This document shows, in pieces, positions 1 through 6,593 of a stretch of DNA of 32,000 nt; the stretch's first letter is position 1, and each line of letters begins with the position of its first letter. Source of the DNA: Delftia acidovorans NBRC 14950 (GTDB lineage: Bacteria; Pseudomonadota; Gammaproteobacteria; Burkholderiales; Burkholderiaceae_C); NCBI RefSeq assembly GCF_001598795.1, contig NZ_BCZP01000022.1:30001-62000 (forward strand). Direction: 5' to 3'. The notes below the pieces were generated by a model that worked only from the letters and a program-made list of their open reading frames with translations, was not told the DNA's origin and did not search any database. The position numbers and the translations under genes were made by a program.

Positions 1-74
1 ACAACAACGTCATGCCCAGCCTGGTGCTGAGCTACATCATCAGCCTCTACGGCATCTTCCCCAGCACCTCCTAA
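1..74 (+). CDS. Phage tail collar domain (MdpB-like) protein, C-terminal fragment; the 5' end is outside the window
   Basis: Frame 3 reads NNVMPSLVLSYIISLYGIFPSTS with stop TAA at 72-74. This tail parallels the C-termini of the next two ORFs (..NMQPSLVVNWCIAISGIFPARN* and ..NLQPYQALNFCICLYGDFPIRP*), so it is a third paralog in tandem. Confidence 0.6.
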   Translation, partial: NNVMPSLVLSYIISLYGIFPSTS

Positions 75-93
75 CGCTGGACAGGAGCATCAC

Positions 94-594
94 ATGGACC
101 CCTTCCTCGGAGAAATCCGTGCTTTCGGCTTCGGCCTGATCCCCAAAAACTGGCTGCCGTGCGACGGACGCCTAATGCCTGTCAGCACGAACCAGGCACT
201 GTTCGCCCTGCTGAGCGTCAGATATGGCGGCAACGGCACAACGACCTTCGGCCTGCCCGATCTGCGTGGCCGTGTACCCCTGGGATTCAGCGCAAACGAC
301 CAGCTCGGCCTGCTCAACGGCACGGAAACCGTCACGCTGTCGGTCAACCAGATCCCCCAGCACACTCATTCGGTGTCTTGCAGCAGCACGGTAGCCACTA
401 CCAGCGATCCCACCAATGCCGTGATGGCAGAGGCCGCTGGCGGCCTGGGCGCCTATGGCGTGCCCAACGGCTCCTTCCTGGCCCCAACTGCCGTGGCCCT
501 CGGCGGAGGCAGCCAGCCCCATCCGAACATGCAGCCCTCGCTGGTCGTGAACTGGTGCATCGCCATCAGCGGCATTTTCCCGGCGCGTAACTGA
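94..594 (+). CDS. Phage tail collar domain protein (microcystin-dependent protein MdpB-like), 166 aa
   Basis: The N-terminus MDPFLGEIRAFGFGLIPKNWLPCDGRL..NQALFALL...YGGNGTTTFGLPDLRGRVP is the hallmark of the Collar domain (Pfam PF07484, from memory). AGGAG lies 6 nt upstream of the ATG. No signal peptide. Confidence 0.85.
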   Translation: MDPFLGEIRAFGFGLIPKNWLPCDGRLMPVSTNQALFALLSVRYGGNGTTTFGLPDLRGRVPLGFSANDQLGLLNGTETVTLSVNQIPQHTHSVSCSSTVATTSDPTNAVMAEAAGGLGAYGVPNGSFLAPTAVALGGGSQPHPNMQPSLVVNWCIAISGIFPARN

Positions 595-617
595 AGACCT
601 TCCAAGGAAACATCGAC

Positions 618-1160
618 ATGGCAGATCCTTTCACCGGTGAGATCCGTGCATTCGGCTTCAACTACGCTCCGGTCAACTGGGCCTTTTGTTGGGGCCAGAG
701 CATCCCGATCCAACAGAACTCCACGCTGTATTCCATCATCGGCGTCCAGTTCGGCGGAAACGGAACCACTGACTTCCTCCTGCCCGATCTGAGGAGCAGG
801 GTGGCCATGGGCAACGGCACGGGTCCCGGCCTGTCACCGTTCGTGGTCGGGGAGGCCGTGGGCAGTCCCACAGAGACGCTGCTTCTGACTCAGTTGCCTG
901 CGCACAACCACGGAATCAACGTACAGGGCGCAGACGCCTCCGTGGCCGTGCCCGGCGACAACGTGCTGGCGAAGGGCGGCCAGGGCGTGCCTCCACGGAC
1001 CAGCGCCAAGCCGACCTACACCGTGGTCGCGCCAGATTCCACCCTGGCATCGACGGCCCTTTTTCCGACCGGCAGCAATCAGTCCCACAGCAATCTCCAG
1101 CCCTACCAGGCGCTGAATTTCTGCATCTGCCTCTACGGCGATTTTCCTATCCGTCCCTGA
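618..1160 (+). CDS. Phage tail collar domain protein (MdpB-like), divergent paralog, 180 aa
   Basis: MADPFTGEIRAFGFNYAPVNWAFCWGQ..NSTLYSIIG.QFGGNGTTDFLLPDLRSRV follows the same Collar pattern. The usual C-D/N-G-Q is replaced by CWGQ. AAGGAAA Shine-Dalgarno upstream; 23-nt gap to the previous gene. Confidence 0.85.
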   Translation: MADPFTGEIRAFGFNYAPVNWAFCWGQSIPIQQNSTLYSIIGVQFGGNGTTDFLLPDLRSRVAMGNGTGPGLSPFVVGEAVGSPTETLLLTQLPAHNHGINVQGADASVAVPGDNVLAKGGQGVPPRTSAKPTYTVVAPDSTLASTALFPTGSNQSHSNLQPYQALNFCICLYGDFPIRP

Positions 1161-1190
1161 TCACGAGCGCTGCACCGCAGTCCCATCGCC

Positions 1191-4100
1191 ATGGCAACCA
1201 ACCACTTCTTCCCGCCCCCCTCCACCTTCCGTTTTCTGAGGCTGTGGTTTGCCTGGCTCATGGGACTGCTGTTTTCTCTGGTACTGCCCGCGCAGGCGGC
1301 AGTCACCCCTGGAACGCTGGACTTCGGCAACAACCACACTCGCTATGCCAACGTTGCCACGCCCTACAACGAGCTGAACTTCAGCGGGCAGTGGGTCTAC
1401 TTCACCGAGGCAGACCTGCAGGCCACACAGAACGGCATCAACAGCAACGGTGATGCCATTACCTCGGACGCCCTCACTGGTAGCGCCGTCATCAAGCCGG
1501 TCAACGCCGGCGACCGGTTCAGCCTGGTCAGCGCCCGCATCTTCGCGTACGGTCAGATCAGCCAGTTCACATTGACCGGCTATGTCAACGGCAATCCTGT
1601 AGCAGGGGCAACGACGACGTTCCTCCGAAGCTCAGCAATGCAAACGAGCTTCGTCGAGGTCGATCTCAGCGCCCTGGCCAATGTGGACGAGGTGAGGATA
1701 TCCAACACCAATACCGGCGGCACCGAAGGCAGCGCCTTCGCGCTGGATGACCTCGTGGTGCTGGCCGGCGCCACGCCGACGCCCACGGTGACGTCCATTT
1801 CGCCCACCGCCGGCCCTGTCGGGGGCGGCGCCAGCGTGACCATCACCGGCACCGACCTGTCAGGAGCCACGGCCGTGCGCTTCGGTGCCACAACCGCCAG
1901 CTACATCGTCAACAGCAACACCCAGATCACCGCAACCGCCCCCGCAGGCAGTGCCGGCACGGTCGATGTGACCGTCTCCACGGCAGGAGGCACCAGCGCC
2001 ACCAGCGCCTCTGACCAGTTCACCTATGTGGCAGCGCCCACGGTGACATCCATCTCCCCCACGGCAGGACCTACCGGCGGCGGTACCACGGTGATCATCA
2101 CCGGCACCGGCTTCTCCGCAGCATCGCCGACCGGCGCCGTGCGCTTCGGCGCCACGAACGCCAGCTACACCATCAACAGCAACACACAGATCACCGCCAC
2201 CACGCCCGCAAACAGCGCCGGCACATACGATGTGACGGTGACCACGGCGGGCGGAACCAGCGCCACCAGCGCCGCTGACCAGTTCACCTATGTGGCTGCA
2301 CCCACGGTGACCTCCATCTCGCCCACGGCCGGCCCGACCGGGGGCGGCACCAGCGTGACCATCACCGGCACCAACTTCTCCGGCACCACGGCGGTGACCT
2401 TCGGCGCCACGGCCGCCACGGGCGTCACGGTCATCAGCAACACCCAGATCACTGCCACCGCGCCCGCAGGCGTGGGTACGGTGGATGTGCGCATCACCAC
2501 GGTGGGCGGCACCAGCGCCACCAGTGCAGCCGACCAGTTCACCTATGTGGCGGCACCGTCGGTCACCTCCATCTCGCCCACGGCAGGTCCCACCGGCGGC
2601 GGCACCACGGTGATCATCACGGGCACCGGCTTCGCCGCAGCACCTGGCACCGGCGCCGTGCGCTTCGGCGCCGCGACCGCCACCTACACCATCAACAGCA
2701 ACACCCAGATCACCGCCACCGCGCCCGCAGGCAGCGCAGGCACGGTCGATGTGACGGTGACCACGGTGGGCGGCACCAGTGCCACCAGCGCAGCCGATCA
2801 GTTCACCTATGTGTCAGCACCCACGGTGACTTCCATCTCGCCCACGGCAGGGCCCACCGCAGGAGGAACCTCGGTGGTCATCACCGGCACCAACTTCTCC
2901 GGCACCACTGCCGTGACCTTCGGCGCCACGGCCGCCACAGGCTTCACGGTCAACAGCGCCACGCAGATCACGGCCACCGCGCCTGCAGGCACGGGTACGG
3001 TTGATGTGCGCGTGACCACGGTGGGCGGCACCAGCGCCACCAGTGCGGCCGACCAGTTCACCTACGTGGCCGCGCCCACGGTGACTTCCGTCTCGCCCAC
3101 GGCAGGGCCAGCCGCAGGAGGAACCTCCGTGGTCATCACTGGCACCAACCTCTCCGGCGCCACGGCCGTGACCTTCGGCGCCACGGCCGCCACGGGCTTC
3201 ACGGTCAACAGCGCCACGCAGATCACGGCCACCGCGCCTGCAGGGTCGCCGGGCACGGTCGATGTGCGCGTCACTACGGTGGGTGGCACCAGCGCCACCA
3301 GTGCGGCAGACCAGTTCACCTATGTCACGGCGCCCACGGTGACCGCCATCTCGCCCACGGCCGGGCCTGCAGGCGGCGGCACCACGGTCACCATCACCGG
3401 CACCGGCTTTGCCGCAGCACCGGGCACCGGCGCTGTGCGCTTCGGGGCCACGAACGCTACCTACACCATCAACAGCAACACCCAGATCACGGCCACGGCG
3501 CCGGCCGGTGCTGCCGGCACGGTCGATGTCACCGTCACCACGGTGGGCGGCTCCAGCGCCACCAGCGCCGCCGACCGGTTCACCTATGTGGCAGCGCCCA
3601 CGCTGACCTCCATCTCGCCCACGGCAGGTCCCACGGCCGGAGGCACCTCGCTGACCCTCACCGGCACGAACCTCACGGGTGCCACGGCCGTGACCTTCGG
3701 TGCCACGGCAGCGAGCGGCTTCACCGTCAACAGCGCCACCAGCATCACCGCCACCGCGCCCGCAGGCGCCGCCGGCACGGTCGATGTGCGCGTGACCACG
3801 CCGGGCGGCACCACTGCTACCAGCGCGGCCGACCAGTTCACCTATGTGCCCGCACCCACGGTGACTTCCGTCTCGCCCGCAAGCGGTTCTTCGATTGGTG
3901 GCACCACGGTCACCCTGACCGGCACGAACTTCACCGGCGCCACGGCCGTGACCTTCGGCGGCACGGCCGCCACGGGCTTCACGGTCAACAGCGCCACGCA
4001 GATCACGGCCACCGCGCCTGCAGGATCGGCGGGCACGGTCGATGTGCGCGTCACAACGACTGGTGGCACCAGCGCCACCGGCGCGGCAGGCCAGTTCACC

Positions 4101-5456
4101 TATGTGGCCATCACGGTGACGCCCGCGACGCTGGCCGGCACGCCCAAGGTAGGCGTCTCGTTCAGCGAGACCCTGACCGCCAGCGGCGGCGCAACGCCCT
4201 ACACCTTTGCAATGGCCGGCGGCAGCACGCTGCCCACAGGCCTGTCGCTGTCGTCCGCCGGGGTGATCAGCGGCACGCCCACGGCGGCCGGGGCCTTCAG
4301 CTTCACGGTGCAGGCGACCGACAGCAGCAGCATCAGCGGCCAGCGCACCTACAGTGGCAGCGTGGCGGCAGCCACGGTGGTGCTGACGCCCGCAGCTTCC
4401 ACGCTGCCGGCTGCCAGGCTGAACACGGCCTATGCAGGGCAGACCTTCACTGCCAGCGGAGGCACGGCGCCCTACACCTACGCCAGCAGCGGCACGCTGC
4501 CGACCGGAATGACGCTCAACGCCAGCACCGGTGTTCTGGGCGGTACGCCCACCGCGGCGGGAAGCTTCACCTTCACCATCACGGCCACGGACTCCTCCAC
4601 GGGCACGGGTGCTCCGTTCACCTCGGGCAGCACCAGCTACACCCTGGTGGTGAACTCCACCAACGCCGACCTCAGCGCCCTGGCACTGAGCAGCGGCACG
4701 CTCGCACCGGGCTTTGGTGCAGGCACCCTGGCCTACACGGCCACCGTGCCCAACACCAGCAGCACCATCACGGTGACAGCCACCGCTGCCGGTGCGGGCG
4801 CCACGATCCTGGTCAACGGCGCAGCGGCCTCCACCCCGGTGGCGCTGAATGTGGGCAGCAATACCGTGTCCATCGAAGTCACGGCGCAGGACGGCACGAC
4901 CAAAAAGACCTATGTGGTTACGGTGACGCGTGAGCCACTGCAAAGCGCGTCCGGCCTGGGCGTGGATCTGGGCATTTCCAACAGTAGCCCCACCTGCACG
5001 CTGACTTCCACAAACTTCAGCACTTCCACCGCCGTGGCGGGTTCGTTGGGTCCTCTGCCAGCGGGCTACACCTATCCGCAGGCCGCCGTGGATTTCACGG
5101 CCAAGCAGTGCGCCCCCAGCAGCACGCTGACCGTGACCCTCACCTTCGCGTCGCCCGTGCCCGCCAACGCGCAGCTGATGAAGTACGACGCCACCGCAAC
5201 GCCCAAGTGGCAGCCCTTCACGCCCACCATCAGTGGCAACCAGGTCAGCTACACCATCGTGGACGGCGGCCTGCGCGATGACGACAAGACGGTCAACGGC
5301 GAGTTCGTCGATCCCGTCATCCTGGCCCTGCCTGGAGCCCCCGCAGGAGCGCAGAGCATCCCCACGCTGGACCGCTGGGGCCTGCTGCTGCTGTCGCTGA
5401 TGGCGGGAGCAGCCGGCTTCATGGGCATGGCGCGCAGGCAGCGTACCGGACGGTAA
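1191..5456 (+). CDS. Giant secreted or cell-surface repeat protein (1,421 aa): signal peptide, unknown N-domain, 9x IPT/TIG, 2x He_PIG-like Ig, cadherin-like beta-sandwich, choice-of-anchor-like domain, IPTL-CTERM anchor
   Basis: Signal-peptide-like N-terminus (..FRFLRLWFAWLMGLLFSLVLPAQA|A). About 160 aa of unrecognised N-terminal domain follow. Nine 85-88-aa repeats (P-T-V-T-S-I-S-P-T-A-G-P-x-G-G-G-T-x-V-x-I-T-G-T-x-F...V-D-V-x-V-T-T-x-G-G-T-S-A-T-S-A-A-D-Q-F-T-Y) are typical of IPT/TIG Ig folds. Two repeats of SGG.APYT...LPTG..L....G...GTPT.AG.F.FT..ATDSS are He_PIG-like. ADLSALALSSGTLAPGF...YTATVPN.SSTITVTATAAGAGATILVNG...VSIEVTAQDGTTKKTYVVTVTR is cadherin-like beta-sandwich type. A Cys-pair domain ends in TIVDGGLRDDDKTVNGEFVDPV, then the IPTL tail. 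There is no convincing SD at 1191, so the start is less certain than the frame. Confidence 0.9.
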   Translation: MATNHFFPPPSTFRFLRLWFAWLMGLLFSLVLPAQAAVTPGTLDFGNNHTRYANVATPYNELNFSGQWVYFTEADLQATQNGINSNGDAITSDALTGSAVIKPVNAGDRFSLVSARIFAYGQISQFTLTGYVNGNPVAGATTTFLRSSAMQTSFVEVDLSALANVDEVRISNTNTGGTEGSAFALDDLVVLAGATPTPTVTSISPTAGPVGGGASVTITGTDLSGATAVRFGATTASYIVNSNTQITATAPAGSAGTVDVTVSTAGGTSATSASDQFTYVAAPTVTSISPTAGPTGGGTTVIITGTGFSAASPTGAVRFGATNASYTINSNTQITATTPANSAGTYDVTVTTAGGTSATSAADQFTYVAAPTVTSISPTAGPTGGGTSVTITGTNFSGTTAVTFGATAATGVTVISNTQITATAPAGVGTVDVRITTVGGTSATSAADQFTYVAAPSVTSISPTAGPTGGGTTVIITGTGFAAAPGTGAVRFGAATATYTINSNTQITATAPAGSAGTVDVTVTTVGGTSATSAADQFTYVSAPTVTSISPTAGPTAGGTSVVITGTNFSGTTAVTFGATAATGFTVNSATQITATAPAGTGTVDVRVTTVGGTSATSAADQFTYVAAPTVTSVSPTAGPAAGGTSVVITGTNLSGATAVTFGATAATGFTVNSATQITATAPAGSPGTVDVRVTTVGGTSATSAADQFTYVTAPTVTAISPTAGPAGGGTTVTITGTGFAAAPGTGAVRFGATNATYTINSNTQITATAPAGAAGTVDVTVTTVGGSSATSAADRFTYVAAPTLTSISPTAGPTAGGTSLTLTGTNLTGATAVTFGATAASGFTVNSATSITATAPAGAAGTVDVRVTTPGGTTATSAADQFTYVPAPTVTSVSPASGSSIGGTTVTLTGTNFTGATAVTFGGTAATGFTVNSATQITATAPAGSAGTVDVRVTTTGGTSATGAAGQFTYVAITVTPATLAGTPKVGVSFSETLTASGGATPYTFAMAGGSTLPTGLSLSSAGVISGTPTAAGAFSFTVQATDSSSISGQRTYSGSVAAATVVLTPAASTLPAARLNTAYAGQTFTASGGTAPYTYASSGTLPTGMTLNASTGVLGGTPTAAGSFTFTITATDSSTGTGAPFTSGSTSYTLVVNSTNADLSALALSSGTLAPGFGAGTLAYTATVPNTSSTITVTATAAGAGATILVNGAAASTPVALNVGSNTVSIEVTAQDGTTKKTYVVTVTREPLQSASGLGVDLGISNSSPTCTLTSTNFSTSTAVAGSLGPLPAGYTYPQAAVDFTAKQCAPSSTLTVTLTFASPVPANAQLMKYDATATPKWQPFTPTISGNQVSYTIVDGGLRDDDKTVNGEFVDPVILALPGAPAGAQSIPTLDRWGLLLLSLMAGAAGFMGMARRQRTGR
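1782..4109 (+). repeat. In-frame tandem array of nine IPT/TIG-domain coding repeats (255-264 nt each)
   Basis: I located the unit boundaries by hand at 1782, 2037, 2301, 2556, 2820, 3075, 3333, 3597 and 3855, with the array ending at 4109. Adjacent units of the same subtype are visibly about 90% identical at DNA level, for example 2820-3074 versus 3075-3332. Confidence 0.9.
5358..5456 (+). other. IPTL-CTERM protein-sorting signal at the C-terminus of the giant protein
   Basis: ..AQS-IPTL-DRWGLLLLSLMAGAAGFMGMA-RRQRTGR*. This is the IPTL motif, a hydrophobic helix and a basic cluster, which is the tripartite layout of the IPTL-CTERM model (TIGRFAMs/NCBIfam; accession TIGR04174 from memory, verify). 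Confidence 0.75.
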
Positions 5457-5471
5457 GACGCGTCAACAAGC

Positions 5472-5512
5472 AACCCGCGCTGCTGCATGTCGGCAGCGCG
5501 GGTTTGCTTTTG
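5472..5512 (+). terminator. Rho-independent terminator candidate downstream of the giant gene
   Basis: A 12-bp perfect GC-rich stem, aacccgcgctgc (5472-5483) / gcagcgcgggtt (5493-5504), extends by 2 further pairs and is followed by tgcttttgg. It begins 16 nt after the TAA. Confidence 0.6.
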
Positions 5513-5553
5513 GTGCTCTACAGAAAGCCCCGTGGCGCGAGACAATCGCCCCC

Positions 5554-5763
5554 ATGACCACCGCGCCGATTCCCGTTTCCGCAGATCCCGCCGCCTCCGC
5601 CGACCCCATGCCCCAACCGCCCGAGCAGCCCGACCTGGACGCCTGCTGCGGCAATGGCTGCGACCCCTGCATCTTCGACAGCTATGACCTGGCCATGGAC
5701 GAGTACCGCCAGGCGCTGCGCGCCTGGAAGGCGCGCAACGAAACGCCAGCGGGCCAGGGATAG
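5554..5763 (+). CDS. Oxidoreductase-like (Oxidored-like) domain mini-protein, 69 aa
   Basis: ..PPEQPDLDACCGNGCDPCIFDSYDLAMDEYRQAL.. matches the P-x-x-P...CC-x-x-GC-x-x-C-[VI]-x-D-x-Y signature of Pfam Oxidored-like (PF09791, from memory). The start could instead be the internal Met at codon 19. Confidence 0.65.
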   Translation: MTTAPIPVSADPAASADPMPQPPEQPDLDACCGNGCDPCIFDSYDLAMDEYRQALRAWKARNETPAGQG

Positions 5764-5786
5764 GAATAGGGATAGGGGTAGCGCGA

Positions 5787-6257
5787 TCAGTCCACGCGGG
5801 CGATCAGGTCCAGCTCCACGGCCGCGCCCTTGGGCAACTGCAGCACGCCCACCGAAGTGCGCGTGTGGGCACCCACGGGGCCCAGCACCCGGGCGATGAG
5901 GTCGGAGGCGCCATCGGCCACCTCGCTTTGCTGGGTGAAATCGGGCGCCGAGCGCACATAGACGGTGATGCGTGCAACGGCGCGCACGGCATCGAGCGAG
6001 CCGGCCGCGCGCTGCACGAAGGCCAGGGCCCGCATGGCACAGATGGCGGCGGCCGTTCTGGCCGATGCCAGGTCGATCCCGGAGCCGACCGTCCCCACAT
6101 AGAGCACTTCATCGCCCACGCGGGGAATCTGCCCGCTGACGAACAGCTGCTGGCCGTCGCGCACGACGGGGCTGTAGTTGCCGCCTATCTTGATCTCGCC
6201 ATCGAAGCGGTGGCCGAGCTCGAGGGCGGCCTGGGCGAAGCGTTCATCTGCTGTCAT
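5787..6257 (-). CDS. RidA/YjgF/Endoribonuclease L-PSP family protein
   Basis: ..LFVSGQIPRVGDEVLYVGTVG...AARTAAAICAMRALAFVQ...RITVYVRSAPDFT...GAHTRTSVGVLQLPKGAAVELDLIARV has the typical RidA-family fold pattern. The ATG at 6257 (MTADERF) is preferred over the TTG at 6281 given in the ORF track. Confidence 0.85.
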   Translation of the reverse strand: MTADERFAQAALELGHRFDGEIKIGGNYSPVVRDGQQLFVSGQIPRVGDEVLYVGTVGSGIDLASARTAAAICAMRALAFVQRAAGSLDAVRAVARITVYVRSAPDFTQQSEVADGASDLIARVLGPVGAHTRTSVGVLQLPKGAAVELDLIARVD

Positions 6258-6289
6258 GGTCTGGTGTCCGGAGTAAGGCAAGCGCGCAG

Positions 6290-6563
6290 TCTAGAGCGTG
6301 TTATGCACTTTTACGTGCCCGCGAAAGCCGGGAAAGGGGCCCGGAACGAGGCGTAGCACGCGCCGCGGTTGCCACACCGCAAGCGGGCTGCAACGAAGGG
6401 CCGGGCCCCTTTCCCGGCTTTCCCGAAGGGTTGGCTCTGCGCACAGGCGCTCAGCAAAGTTGCAGCGCTTGCCAAGGCATGAGCCTTGGCGGCGCACTGC
6501 GCCTTGCGATCACCAGCGCGCAGAACCAACGCGGGTACTTAAAAGTGCATAACCCGCTCTAGA
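6290..6563. repeat. MITE-like, non-coding nested inverted-repeat element (274 bp)
   Basis: Terminal inverted repeats: tctagagcgTgttatgcacttttA (6290-6313) versus the reverse complement of 6540-6563, tctagagcgGgttatgcacttttA. That is 24 nt with 1 mismatch. Internally there is a perfect 22-bp inverted repeat, gaaagccgggaaaggggcccgg (6323-6344) / ccgggcccctttcccggctttc (6401-6422). A further small hairpin is gccaaggc-atga-gccttggc. The element fills the gap between the ABC-2 operon end and the RidA gene start. Confidence 0.55.
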
Positions 6564-6593
6564 GCCTGTGGTGCACCGGCGCCTGCGGCGGCT

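Noticed and set aside
1-1160. Prophage interpretation of the 'phage tail collar' genes
   Set aside because: No capsid, tail tube, baseplate, lysis, integrase or att-like features follow in the window. Small stand-alone Collar-domain proteins (MdpB-like) are common in non-phage contexts. The sequence upstream of the window cannot be excluded.
1782-4109. Regular periodicity of about 258 nt that could be mistaken for a CRISPR or satellite array
   Set aside because: The units are contiguous with no unique spacers. They are 255-264 nt long, in frame, and encode a well-formed Ig-fold repeat inside one long ORF.
2814-4943. 709-aa minus-strand ORF, plus the 84-85-aa minus-strand ORFs at 2288, 2807, 3062, 3584 and 3842, antisense to the giant repeat gene
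   Set aside because: The composition is Gly/Arg/Ala/His low-complexity with no recognisable domain. These ORFs exist only because the sense strand is GC-rich repeat DNA lacking antisense stop codons. Their 255-258-nt periodicity simply mirrors the type-B IPT repeats.
5757-5786. ggatag/gggatag mini-repeats after the Oxidored-like stop codon
   Set aside because: A few short imperfect repeats in a 23-nt convergent gap, with no stem-loop or recognisable motif. Most likely chance.
6291-6552. Small ORFs (68-84 aa, both strands) inside the inverted-repeat element as possible peptide, toxin or transposase remnants
   Set aside because: They are mutually overlapping, Arg/Pro/Cys-rich and lack an RBS. 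Their existence follows from the palindromic GC-rich structure. The element is better explained as non-coding.
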